DNA of 64,000 nt from Scyliorhinus canicula (taxonomy: Eukaryota): the NCBI RefSeq assembly GCF_902713615.1, contig NW_024055475.1, forward strand, positions 62,001-126,000. The letters run 5' to 3'. A program made the translations under genes and the position numbers. Positions 1-11,842 of the stretch are shown one piece after another. Under the pieces are notes generated by a model. It did no database searches. It saw only the letters and a list, made by a program, of their open reading frames with translations, and was not told the origin of the DNA. Numbering within the stretch: position 1 is the stretch's first letter; the number at the start of each line of letters is the position of its first letter.

Positions 1-23
1 AGTAATATTCATGCCACTGAAGT

Positions 24-840
24 GGAGAGAGGGCGGAGGGGAGAGAGGCAGGGGCAAACAGAGACAGAGGCGCGGAGAGAGGCCGGAGGGGGGAGAGGCA
101 GGGGCAAACAGAGACAAAGGCGCGGAGATAGGGGGAAAGGGAAAGAGGCAGGGGCAAACAGATACAGAGGCGTGGAGAGAGGGCGGAGGGGAGAGAGGCA
201 GGGGCAAACAGAGACAGAGGCGTGGAGAGAGGGCGGAGGGGAAAGAGGCAGGGGCAAACAGAGACAGAGGCGCGGAGAGAGAAAGAGGGGAGAGAGGCAG
301 GGGCAAACAGAGACAGAGGCGTGGAGAGAGGGAGAGGGGAGAGAGGCAGGGGCAAACAGAGACAGGGACGCGGAGAGAGGGAGAGGGAGAGAGACAGGGG
401 CAAACAGAGACAGAGGCGCGGAGAGAGGGCGGAGGGGAGAGAGGCAGGGGCAAACAGAGACAGAGGCGCGGAGAGAGGGAGAAAGGGAAAGAGGCAGGGG
501 CAAACAGAGACAGAGGCATGGAGAGAGGGCGGAGGGGAGAGAGGCAGGGGCAAACAGAGACAGAGGCGCGGAGAGAGGGAGAGGGGAGAGAGGCAGGGGC
601 AAACAGCGACAGAGGCACGGAGAGAGGCGAGAGGCAGGCGCAAACAGAAACAGAGGCGCAGAGAGAGGGAGGAGGGGAGAAAGGCAGGGGCAAACAGAGA
701 GAGAGGCGCGGAGAGAGGCCGCAGGGAAGAGAGGCAGGGGCAAACAGAGACCGAGGCACGGAGAGAGGGAGGAGGGGAGAGAGGCAGGGGCAAACAGAGA
801 CAGAGGCGCGGAGAGAGGGAGAGGAGAGAGAGACACACGG
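24..840. repeat. Purine-rich ~50-bp minisatellite, ~16 copies
   Basis: Unit GGAGAGAGGGCGGAGGGGAGAGAGGCAGGGGCAAACAGAGACAGAGGCGC recurs; GCAAACAG appears every ~50 nt. The long ORFs here are repeat artefacts. Confidence 0.95.
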
Positions 841-869
841 GGGTTAAGCAGAGGAACCCGACTCTTGGG

Positions 870-3800
870 GCAGCCGCTCCACGAGGGGACAGGCTGGTGT
901 GCCAAGGGTTGGGGGGAGGACGTTCAATCACCCGAGAGAAAAATACTTCTCCTTCTTCTCCCATGTGAATAAGACCTACAGACCCAGAGACTTTTTTTTG
1001 TCTTCGGGAAAAGGTTTCTTCCAGTGGTAACAAATTGGAAATATTCTGCGATTGTGATCTTCGACCATACGCCACATTACATGGACGTGAGGTTGGAGAA
1101 GAGCCGGACCCAACGCCCACCATGAATGCGGGATGCAGCTTCCCTCGCTGATAAGGAATTCTGTAAAAAGATAACCCAAACCATCGACGGTTATGTAACC
1201 TGCAACGAGAATGGGGAGGCCTCACCCTTCACCTTCTGAGAGGCACTGATCATGGGCAATATTATAGCCCATAGGGCCCTTAGGGACAGGAAAAACAGGG
1301 AGGTCAAGCAGCGGCTGATCGACTCTACAATGGAGATGAATCGGCGATACTCCATTGCCCCAACCGTGGAACTGCTGGTGGGGAGGAAAAAGCCGCGGAT
1401 ATAATTTTATCTGCTTTCCACAAGGAGGGCCAGGCGCCGGCGCCTTCTATGAACATGGAAACAAGGCCAGCCGCATGCTGGAGCACTCGCTGAAAAAACA
1501 AGCAGCCGCGAAAGGAATAGCGCAAGTTAGCAACAGAAATGGAAGGATGGTAGCAGACCCAAAGAGGTTAATGAGGTTTTGCAGACTTTTACTGAGGGGT
1601 ATACACCTCCGAACCTCCGGAGGCGGACTCGGGGATGGAACAGTTCCTCGACAGCCTGGATATACCGGCGCTGGAGACGGCAGGAACCAAGGACTGGGGA
1701 CGCCACTTGGGTTGGGCGAAACCGTGGAATACACGGTTCCATGCAGTCAGGGAAGGGGCTGGGACCAGATGCCTTCCCGGTTGACTTTCACAAAACATTT
1801 GCAGCAGCGCTGGCCTTGAACGTGTGTTCAGCGACTTACTGTCAAATGGGCCCTGCGGCTCACATTGGCAAAGGCCTCAATCTTATTTATCCCCAAAAGG
1901 ACAATGACCCCAACAGCGTCTGGAACATACAGACCCATCTCTGTCTTAAACACCGATTGCAAAAGTCCTGTCAAAAGCATTGGCGAGGCTCCAGGGAAGC
2001 TGCCTGCCAGAAGTGATTGAGGAAGATCAGACAACTAACTGCGAACGTTAGACGCCTCCTGAATGTAATAATGACCCCATCCTGGGAGAGGACAACAGAG
2101 ATGATTGTCTCCCTGGATGCTAAGAAAGCGTTTGATCGAGTAGAATGGAGGTATCTCATTGAAGTGCTTGAATGGTTTGGTTTTGGAGCTGGGTTCAACG
2201 CGTGGGGACGCCCATGTAAAGCGCTCCCACGGGGATGGTATATACGAACACCACCAAGTCCGAATAATCTAGGCTGAGCAGGGGAACTAGGCCGAGGTAC
2301 CCGTTATCCCCGCTCCTGTTCGCGCTGGAAAGCGAGTGCTTAGATCAGCTGGGTGGTGCACGGGCATTCGGAGAGGGGGCAGAGAGCACAGAGTCTCACT
2401 GCATACAGATTACATTCTCCTCTTCATATCAAAGCCGATAGGGAAAGGTAACAAGACTCCTGAGGGAATTCGGTCAATCCCCAAGAGGGAGGAGTGGAGG
2501 TGGAAGAACTACTGTTTAAAGTGACCCAAACGAAATTCAGGGTCCTGGACATCCAAGTGTCCCACACCTGGAAGAGGCTCCACATATGGAACCTCTCCAG
2601 CCGGGTGGTAGAGGTGAAGAGGGACCTACAGGGATGGGACTCACTCCCTCTATCGCAACTGGGGAAGGTTACAGACAGTCAAAATGTATGTGCTGCTCAT
2701 GTTCCTCTTTCGTATACCTATCACTGCCGATCTTTCCACCCAAATCTTTGTTCTCCAAGGTCGACAATCTAATCATGGCCATTGTTCTGAGGGGATGTGG
2801 GGCGAGATGCATAGAATTATAGAATTAACAGTGCAGAAGGAGGCCATTCGGCCCATCGAGTCTGCACCGGCTCTTGGAAGAGCACCCTATTCCAAGCCCA
2901 TACCTCCACCCTCTCCCCATAACCCAGTAACCCCACCTAACCACTACGGGCAATTTGGACCCTGAGGGCAATTTAGCCTGGCCAATTCACCTAACTGCAC
3001 ATCTTTGGACTGTGGGAGGAAACCGGAGCACCCGGAGAGGAAACACACGGGGGAACGTTGCAGACTCCACACAGACAGTGACCCAGCCGGGATTCGAACC
3101 TGGGACCCTGGAGCTGTGAAGCATTTGTGCTAACCACTATGCTACCGTGCTGCCCACTATGCTACCATGTTGCCCCGAGGGTACTTAAGACCATCTGGCA
3201 GCGAGGGCGACCCGTGGGAGGCCGGGCCTACCGTACCTATCATTCTACCACTGGGCGGAAAATGCAGAGAGGATGAGGGAACCAGAGGCCGACTGCGTCC
3301 GAATGGAGGAAGCCTCCGAGCACTAGCTGCCGCACCACTCCCAGAGCGCCCCCCCCCCCCCCTCCAACCCCAACCCCAACCCCAAACCCATCCCCCGCAC
3401 ACACACGCCAGGGGCCCGGTGGTAATGGCCACACTAAAGACCTGTAATCAGTTCAGCCTCCACTCCAGGCTTGGTGTTGTCTGTGGAGGCCCCCATCTGC
3501 ATCAACCATAGGATCCCACCACGAAGATAGACGTCACGTTTATGATGGGGGATGGGAGGGCAGAATGAAGGACATGTACATGGATGGTAGACTGCAGACC
3601 CTGGGGGGACTCTTGGATAAGCTTCAACTCCCCGAAAGAGAGCGAGCTCAGAGCTGCAGCGGCGAAGGAATACTGCAAGGGAAACAAAACGTTCTCGCAG
3701 AGGACCCAGACACACACTTTTGTGCACAATGGCAGGGCTGGACTGGTTAGGTGACAATATGATGACATTTACGGACTACTCGTAAGAAAGGTCAGGACCC

Positions 3801-4170
3801 CTCTGGTCGAGACCAGACGGGGGGGGGGGGGGGGGGGGGGGGCTGCGGGGGAGCTGGCCATGGAGATAGAGGGCGGACTCTGGAACAAGGCGCTGCACAG
3901 GATCAACTCCACCTTCTCCTGCGGTGGGTTAAGCCTAATGCAGCTCAAGCTGGTGAACAGAGTTTACCTTACTAACACCACCTGTGAAACTGTTTTTTTT
4001 TCTTCCCAGAGGTGGAGGATAAGTGCAAGCGGTGTCACGGGTGGCCTGGAAAACCACACCCACATTTTCTTGCCCTGTCCCAGACTTAGTTGCACAGATG
4101 TTTACGATTTTTTTGTTGCATGGTTACTTCTTTTGTGTTTTTGCCAATGGCTCTGCCTCATGTTGAGTAT
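870..4170 (+). mobile_element. Decayed L1/Tx1-clade LINE (ORF2 fragments), interrupted by a SINE
   Basis: Fragments FYEHGNKASRML, IVSLDAKKAFDRVEWRYL (RT), RVSLHTDYILLFISKP and a C-terminal WNKALHRIN..Cys/His region, spread over frameshifts. Confidence 0.8.
2817..3176 (-). mobile_element. HE1-like tRNA-derived elasmobranch SINE
   Basis: Reverse complement starts GGGCAGCACGGTAGCATAGTGGTTAGCAC, has the central GGGTGCTCCGGTTTCCTCCCACAGTCCAAAGATGTG core and a LINE-like tail. Confidence 0.85.
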
Positions 4171-4409
4171 AAATCTTGTTAATAAATGTTAACAATGCCA
4201 ATGAAATATTTGTCAAAAAAAGAGGCAATCACATTGCTGTGGAACTGCAGTCTCATATAGAATTGGTTTTCACAACAACCATCTTGATTAATTTAAATTC
4301 CACCACCCGCCCTGGTGAGATTCTAACGGGATTTCTGATTTACTTTCCCAGTGATAATACCACTAGGTCACAATCTCCCCATTGACCCAAACTATTGACC
4401 ATTGACCCA

Positions 4410-4550
4410 GGGCTGGTTTAGCTCACTGAACAAAATCGCAGGCCAGCAGCACGGTTTGATTCCCGGACAGGCACCGGAATGTGGCGACTAGGGGCTTTTC
4501 ACAGTAACTTCATTGAAGCCAGCTCGTGGCAATAAGCCGATTTTTCATTT
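4410..4550 (+). mobile_element. Short tRNA-derived SINE (second family)
   Basis: GGGCTGGTTTAGCTCAC head and CACAGTAACTTCATTGAAGCC..CAATAAG tail; related copies reversed at ~19350-19528 and ~27585-27760. Confidence 0.7.
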
Positions 4551-4834
4551 TAATTTCAGTAACAATTTTCACTGAACCACACCACTCATTTTGCAGACTC
4601 CTCCATCAAACATTCCTGACAATCCGACTGGCGCAACTGACTCAGAGGCGGGCGGGAAAGTAGGCTTCCAGTTGGGAGTTTGGCGAGGGCTGCTGGGAAG
4701 GGATCAACTGATTTGCAGAAGGGTGGGAACTGGAGGGTACATTCAGATGCGGGAACAATCGAAAATAGTCATGGAAGGAAAAAATCATTGGATCAGTCTG
4801 ATCATCAAAATAATCCAACGATAGAAACAAAATC

Positions 4835-5112
4835 ATAATAACCTTTATTATTGTCACAAGTAGGTTTATATGAACGCTCCAATGAAGGTACTGTGAAAAG
4901 CTCCGAGGACACCACACTACGGAGCCTGTTCGGGTACACTGACGCAGTATTCAGAATGTCCAATTTGTCGAAGAAAGCACGTCTTTCGGATTTCTGGGAG
5001 GGAAACCAGATCATCCGGAGGAAACCCACGCAGTCACGGGGAGGAAAGTGCAGACTCCACACTGAGAGTGGACTTGATATGGGAATCGAGCCTGGGCCCT
5101 GGCGCTGCGAAG
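4835..5112 (-). mobile_element. tRNA-derived SINE
   Basis: GGAAACCCACGCAG..GCAGACTCCACAC core with TTGTCACAAGTAGG tail; relatives at ~15985-16282, ~24190-24500 and ~32290-32645. Confidence 0.75.
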
Positions 5113-5727
5113 AAAATAGACCATGTCGCCCTGTAACCGGAGGTTTCGGCATTGGTCATTGTATATAATTCACTCTCACGAACACAGCAAACAAAACAGT
5201 CCAGCTGAGAGCCGCAATAGGAACATATTAGTTTGAAATAATAGTTAATATAGAAAAGGTTAATGGGGGACAGGAATGGCGGCTCAAGATTCCTCCTGAC
5301 AGGGTTTTCAGACAGATATAGACAGGGGGATTAAAAGGGTGGGGTAACTCTATTGGTTTGATCATCAAATACAGACATGAAAAGGAATGATATCTTGGAG
5401 ATAATCAATTCACGGCAAAACGATTGAGTTTAGAGCCAACACAGGGGCTGTGGTACACTGGGAGTGCATTATGACCCTCAGTCAGAGGGAGATAGAATGG
5501 GAAATATTCAGGTAAATCTTTGAGAAGTGCAATAAGGAAAGGGCCATTTCGAAGAGCCATTGGACGCCCTGGATTACTAGAGCAGTATCACAACCACCAT
5601 AATGCCAGTCATGTACCCAGTGGACTAAACAGAAAAACACCGTAGGCGAGCTCCATCTGGTGGCCATCTGAGGTATGTGGACCTTTCCTGGAAAATCATC
5701 GAATTCTCAAATTACTGATAGATGTTA

Positions 5728-6068
5728 CTGCATAGAACACAGAACATACAATGCAGAAGGAGGCCATTCGGCCCATCGAGTCTGCACCGACCCACTTAAC
5801 CAACTTAAGCCCTCACTTCCACTCTATCCCCGTAACCCAATATCCCCTCCTAACCTTTTTTTGGTCACTAAGGGCAATTTATCATGGCCAATCCAGCTAA
5901 CCTGCACGTCTTTGGACTGTGGGAGGAAACCGGAGCACCTGGCGGAAACTCACGCACACACGGAAAGAAGGTACAGACTCCACACAGACAGTGACACAGC
6001 GGGGAATCAAACCTGTGTTCCTGGCGCTGTGAAGCCACAGTGCTATCCACTTGTGCTACCGTACTGCC
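5728..6068 (-). mobile_element. HE1-like SINE
   Basis: Same core and tail as 2817-3176. Confidence 0.8.
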
Positions 6069-6595
6069 AGTTGCGTGGTGATGTGGCATTACTTTTGGTT
6101 TATATTGCTATTATTCCGATTTATTTCAATGAAGATAAACTTATACACGGAGATAATTCAAACTGTACTTTAAATCCTGGCGATTCCCATTTTTTAGTGT
6201 AATATATCAGGCACATTGGTTGAACAAACTAGTTTTAAACAATATGGAACCCACAAAGGTCACGATGCGATCCGGCACGAAAATACCAACACGTAAAAGA
6301 TGTCACTATGAAGCCTGACTCACACAAATATCAATGTTCTGATCTACATGTAAGTGTTTCCATTTTAATCCTACCCATCAGCTGTGGATATTATATTTTA
6401 CCTGTTGTAGCTGCTCCTATTAATTGAACATTTTGGTGATTTCCGTGCAAAGTTGGACGAATTGGATATTCTGTGGTCTGAACTTCAGGGAAACGAGAGA
6501 AAGAGAAACACGCGGAGAAAGGTGTGAGAGTGAGGGTCAAAAACAGAGAAAGGGGAAACAGGCATAAAGACCGAGCGACAGAGCGAGCAGACCTT

Positions 6596-7012
6596 AGATT
6601 GGATTGGATTGATTGTTTATTGGTCACGTGTACCGAGGTACAGTGAAAAGTATTTTTCTGCAAGCAGCTCAACAGATCATTCAGCACATGGGAAGAAAAG
6701 GGAAGAAAGGAAAATACATAATAGGGCAACACAAGTTACACAATGTAACTACATAAGCACCGGCATCGGGTGAATCATACAGGGGTGTAGTGTTAATTAG
6801 GTCAGTCCATAAGAGGGTCATTTAGGAGTCTGGTAACAGCGGGGAGGAAGCTGTTTTTGAGTCTGCTCGTGCGTGTTCTCAGACTTTTATATCTCCTGCC
6901 TGATGGAAGAAGTTGGAAAAGTGAGTAATCTGGGTGGGAGGGGTCTTTGATTATGCTGCCCGCTTTCCCCAGGCAGCGGGAGGTGTAAATGGAGTCAATG
7001 GTGAGAGGCAGG
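6596..7012 (-). mobile_element. Rex1/Babar LINE 3' end
   Basis: YTSRCLGKAGSIIKDPSHP..LLPSGRRYKSLRTRTSRLKNSF plus (AATCC)n tail; matches the 3' end of 48986-50184. Confidence 0.85.
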
Positions 7013-7271
7013 TTCGTGTGATGGGGAGAAAGACAGAGGTGGGGGACAGAGAAAGTCTGGAGAAAGAGGAAGTTAGAAGATATCATTATTCCAGAACGAA
7101 CGCTGATTGGTGCCCAACTGTAATCAGTTTCGACAGTTTAGCCAATCATGTCTGTCGGAAACGCTCCTCCTTTTCCCAGCAAGTGCAGCATTCATTCATC
7201 TGAATTTCCGCTTTAATACCAGAACATATTCAAAATCTGATTTATTTCAGTTGAACTCTAAATCAGACACC

Positions 7272-7706
7272 ATGTGTTCCCCATGTTGGTTACTGATAAT
7301 AATGGTCATGTTGCCCGGTGAGTCGATGTTCTAATGTTCACCGTGTGTTCCGTGTGCTATCTTTACTCCCAGACATGGAATACGTTTTGTGTTTTGTTCC
7401 AGGAACAAATGGTGAAGACCCAGTGTCCCAGGATCGATCTGAGATAACGGTTCTGGAAGGACAGAGCATTAAACTGGACTGTAGATATTCCATAGCTGTT
7501 TTGGAAACTCTATTCTGGTACACTCAGTATCCCGGGAATCCTCCGAGGAATGTAATGAGAATCTATAGTTCGGGCAGTTCAGATCAGTCTCCAGATTTTC
7601 CAGCCAGGTTTTCGGCTGCTTTGCACAAAAAAAACCAAACGGTACCTTTAAATATCGCCGTGGCTGATCTCTCCGACAGTGCCGTGTATTTCTGCGCCAT
7701 GGAGCC
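7272..7706 (+). CDS. TCR alpha/delta-type V segment, apparently intact (leader 7272-7317, intron, V exon 7403-7706)
   Basis: MCSPCWLLIIMVMLP/G, GTGAGT donor, TTCCAG acceptor. V exon has Cys-x11-Trp (LFWYTQYPG) and DSAVYFCAMEP; no stops. Confidence 0.92.
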
Positions 7707-7746
7707 CACACTGCTGCAGAGATACAGCGGGTCCCGTCCAAACACT
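7707..7746 (+). promoter_or_regulatory. V recombination signal sequence (CACACTG, 24-nt spacer, CCAAACACT)
   Basis: Directly follows the V exon; aligns without gaps to the RSS at 14245 and 46631. Nonamer is weak. Confidence 0.75.
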
Positions 7747-9049
7747 CACACTGGGAGTTCCAGTCATTTCTCTGTAGAGGGCGCTCTCACATTGATAGAC
7801 AGACACAACTACTCAGCCTGTGAGGTACACAGTGTCATTGCCAAACCATCAAAAACAAACACAACACTAATATGAACAAGCGTTTCTACTAAAATGAATT
7901 TCACAACTAATTTACGGGTTGTTAACTCACCATTAGTCTTTTTATGATCTTTCTATTTCTGTCTGAATTATTGTGTGAACTTTTTCCATATTCGTTCTCC
8001 CCTTCTATGTCTGTTTGATCAAAGTCGGTACACAGGGTCTATATGGCTGGTTTATTTTATGGTTGACAGACAATTGTAGATTAATGAGCACATTTCACAA
8101 GGTAGTGGTTGCTCACTTTATAACAAACCCAAGAATTGAGTCCCCCCCTCCCAATGTTCATTCTCCTTTCGAATGTCTGTTTAATGTTTTCTGACACAAC
8201 TCACAAACCTGCGTTTACGTCCTACAATAACCAGCAAACCCATTCCTAACCCCGTCTGGATCTGTGCAGCGATTCTTCTTCGAAGGCACTGACTGTATCC
8301 CATTCATTCATTGACAGACAGTTCCCCAACAAGAGGTGTTAAACTACAATTGGAGACGCAAGAAAGTGAAGTGAGAAAATCCTGAGGAAGACAACCGTTT
8401 CTTGATGGTGCGGAATAAAAGTTGTTGCTTCGAATTTCAACTTTTACCGATAAGACAGCGACATTGCGGCCACGCAGTATCTGGGTTGTATGGGGCTGGT
8501 GCGGGCGGGGCATTTCGGAAAGTAATTGTGGAACAAACACATTTCATCGCATTTGCAAATAATGGTTTCAATCGGAATTTTAAACACATGAATAATTCCT
8601 GTTTGAACATGTATTTCTGATCTGAGTGATGGAAATGTTTCTCGGCTACTGTCCTCAGATGTTGAGACAAAAGAAGAAGTTGCTATGTTTACTTTCACCT
8701 TTGATGCTGCCTTCTTAAACTGCTGCAGTCCATGTGGTGTTAGGGAGGGAGTTCCTGGATTTCACCTGTGCTGTGTTACTCATGTTAGCAGACAAGCAGT
8801 GAGGCAAAAAAGAAAAACAGCAACAGCACCTCTCAGGCAGCCAAACTTCTCTCTATCTCTGGGTGGAGAAAGTGGCTTTGAAGAGTTGATCAGGACCAGG
8901 ACTCACAGACTGAGTTTATGGTGGACAACAGTCCCACTCCCGTACTTGGCACTGTTCCTTAACGCTCAGTCTGTTGGGATTTCGACAGAATCTCGGGCAG
9001 ATGCAGCCACATTGAGCAATGGCGATGTCAGCCGCTCAAACCCACACCT

Positions 9050-9340
9050 GGTGGAAACCGCATTAATCTCGAATCAAACTGTCACCCACCTGTTTCCAGC
9101 AGCGGCAGTAGAAATAAACGTCAGAATCTGATCGATCATCAAACCAGTCTCCAGGGTAACCCGTCCTTGCTCTTTCTGATCAGCTGTTAATTCTCTGAAA
9201 CTCAGGGCTGGATGTTCAGATCAGCTCCGGCAAAGATGTTTCTGACCCTTCAACCAGTACCACTGACGTCACTCAGTTTACAGACTGACGTCACTAAATC
9301 TGCAGGGTGACGTCACACGTGTCCTCAGTCTGACCCCACA
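9050..9340 (-). pseudogene. Possible heavily decayed V-set exon
   Basis: Motif order VTSPCRFS..QWYWLK..GRVTL..DSDVYFYC across stops and frameshifts; possible decayed heptamer AACAGGTG. Confidence 0.3.
9264..9315. promoter_or_regulatory. Three perfect CRE/ATF palindromes (TGACGTCA) upstream of the V gene at 9568
   Basis: TGACGTCA at 9264, 9286 and 9308, about 250-300 bp upstream of the ATG at 9568. Confidence 0.6.
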
Positions 9341-9567
9341 GAGGCGATGCTCTGCCGCATGCGCATTCTCCGACCCACACCCCACCCAATGCTGAAGCTC
9401 CCTCACAGCTTCACTTTGTGATCACAAGCCCCAGAGACCCGGCTCGGGCGGGCACGGTGCAGTTGGTGTTAGACTCAGTTTGATATACAACAGCGCTGCC
9501 TTCGCAGTATTGTCTCTGGTCCTGAAAACTACCGAGAGCTACTTAACATAGATCGATAGGATCCAAC

Positions 9568-10084
9568 ATGAAGCTGAGCTTCACTTTAGTGATTATCTCC
9601 CTGAATTTCTTACTCTTCTCTCCGTGTGAGTGTGATCACGATGTCTGTCAGGAATATTTCACACATCAGATATGTCACGTTGTAGTAACATACAGTTTGT
9701 TTTATTGTATATATTGTTATGCAATGTTGTATTTGATTGTGCTATATCATATTCTCGCGGTCTGTGTGATATTAAATTAATCACAATTATTGTACATGTG
9801 CATGTTTCTCAGATGTCGCTGGCAGCGAAGAGGTATCACAGTCCCCCGAGTCAATGGTGATTACCGAGGGAGATGTTGCATCCTTGGACTGTTCCATCAC
9901 AGTAGCAGCACAGATCCCACAATGGTACAGACAATCCCCGGATGGCACCATGCTGCACCTGGCGAGCGGTACCAGCGATCAGGGCAGGATAACATCTCGG
10001 TTCAGTTTTACAGAGAAACACGGTGTTCTTAATGTTAGTGACGCTCGCGTGACAGACACCGCCACCTATCTCTGCGCAGTGAGG
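9568..10084 (+). CDS. TRAV-like V segment, apparently intact, compact domain (leader 9568-9625, V exon 9813-10084)
   Basis: MKLSFTLVIISLNFLLFSP, GTGAGT donor, TCTCAG acceptor; EEVSQSPESMVITEGDVASLDC..QWYRQSPDG..DTATYLCAVR. Confidence 0.92.
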
Positions 10085-10123
10085 CACAGTGAACGGAAGA
10101 CCATTCAGCGCCGTACAAAAACC
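10085..10123 (+). promoter_or_regulatory. Consensus 23-RSS (CACAGTG-23-ACAAAAACC)
   Basis: Perfect heptamer and nonamer; spacer counted as 23 nt. Confidence 0.95.
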
Positions 10124-10319
10124 TGCCGTGGTGATTCAGAAAGTATGTAGCCTGTGCAGTTATCAGAGAGCAGGGATTTTAGTAACACTCTTCCCTGGAT
10201 ATGCCGCAATGAGCGAGGCCTGTTCATAATTTGCGTTTACATTTTCATATAAGAAAAGAAGGGCCAGAATCCATTTAAATGCTGTTTTTGCCTGCAGAAG
10301 TATTAGCCAGAGAGCACGG

Positions 10320-10725
10320 ATGCCATGGTGCTTTACGATAATAATCATTCTGCCCTTTGGTGAGTTACTATTCAAAGGTCGTTATCTATTTCTTGTGTTA
10401 AATCAACTTCCAATAGAGACACATTCTACGTTTTGTTACAGGGACGAGTGATGCACAGTACTTCTCCCGGGATCCGGCCGAGTTGAAAGCCCTGGAAAAA
10501 CAGTCAGTAATGTTCAGTTATAATCACTCCATGTGCAAAAGCTTTCTCTGCCTATGTAGGCAGGTCAGTATTCCGGATAAGCTGCGAGATATTTACTGAG
10601 GAGGTATCGGCCGACACATTGAGCTGCGTCGCAAGATTTCTCAGATCAGTTGATTTGAAGAAGGGCAAATAAAACAACGGAACTGTTCGTTACACAAACC
10701 TGACAATGTTTGTTCTCTGTGGACC
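10320..10725 (+). pseudogene. V pseudogene (same family as 7272 and 47055)
   Basis: Leader MPWCFTIIIILPF/G with GTGAGT, acceptor at 10441, then GTSDAQYFSRDPAELKALEKQSVMFSY (Cys lost), followed by stops and frameshifts. Confidence 0.65.
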
Positions 10726-10825
10726 TGGGATGAAATTAATCAGGCTGATCAAGGCGCTAAAGAAGACGACACAAATACTCGCAGAGGAGTTTTGAGTGGT
10801 TTCTTGGTTTTTATGTTATGCTGCG

Positions 10826-11842
10826 TTTCACTGCACAGTAAGAGACCTCCACAGTCAGTTTGCTTACATTACGAGCAACAGTCAAGCATTGTCTTCAGAA
10901 TCCATCTTTTTACAATCTTACTACATCATTAGTAATTCAGTTTGGAGATTGTGCCGGCTTATGTCCTTATCAGTGGATGTTCGCTATACCTGGGTTGTAT
11001 ATTAAAGAACAAAGAACAATACAGCACAGGAACAGGCCCTTCGGCCCTCCAAACCTGCGCCGACCACATGTCCGATCTAGACCAACCGCCTGTACCCTTC
11101 TATACCCCGTCTGTTCAGGTCCCTATCCAGATAAGCCTTAAAGGTCGCTAACGTATCTGCCTCAACCACCTCACTTGGCAGTTCATTCCAGGCTACCACC
11201 ACCCTCTGTGTAAAACAAATTTCCCCCGCACATCCCCACTGAATCACTCCCCCCCCCCCCCCCCCCCCCCCCCCCCCGCCCCTCACCTTGAACTTGTGCC
11301 CCCTTGTAATTGAAATTTCCGCCCTGGGAAAAATCCTCTAATTGTTCACCCCATTTATATCCCTAATAATTTTATAAACTTCTATCAGATCGCCCCTCAG
11401 CATCCGTCTCTCAAGGGAGAACAATCCCAGTGTATTCAACCTCTCCTCATAGCTAATACCCTCCATTCCAGGCAACGTCCTGGTAAACTTTTTCCTGTAC
11501 TCTCTCCAAAGCCTCCACGTTCCTCTGGTAGTGCGGTGACCAGAATTGGACACAGTATTCGAAATATAGCCGAACCAACGTTCTATATAATTGTAACATA
11601 TTCCAATCTAACTTCACTGACGCCCCTTCAAACACAACTACTGTCACCGGGGACAGTGTCATTGGACCGTCAAATAGTCCGACTGTAAATGTAGAGCATC
11701 AAAGGAGCAGAAGCATAAACAGGATGGAGGTAAACCTCTATCTAACGTTATGAGGCTGTGTAAATTCCATCAATCTGTTAAACTGGCTTGATGAGCGTCG
11801 TCCAGTACTTAATGTGCAAGAACCCAGTTATATTAGACACAT
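10826..11842 (-). pseudogene. V pseudogene split by a CR1 insertion
   Basis: Decayed leader at 11842. 5' V (LSPVTVVVFEGASVKLD) at ~11606-11680; 3' remainder (HKPAQSP..SYCAVK, decayed heptamer CGCAGCA) at ~10826-11005. Promoter at 11850-11980 is homologous to 44750-44886. Confidence 0.7.
11006..11605 (-). mobile_element. CR1 LINE 3' end
   Basis: RTLVRLYFEYCVQFWSPH, GLFSLERRMLRGDLIEVYKI and an (AAAGAAC)n tail. Confidence 0.85.

Noticed and set aside
9-972. Four 250-316-aa ORFs
   Set aside because: They are translations of a 50-bp minisatellite that lacks stop codons; there is no protein signal.
8300-8700. CLFHNYFPK resemblance to TCR constant region
   Set aside because: A single short motif without splice sites or a second cysteine; likely chance.
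3347-11278. Long poly-C/poly-G runs (3347, 3818, 11248)
   Set aside because: They lie within retroelement remnants; homopolymer expansions with unreliable length.
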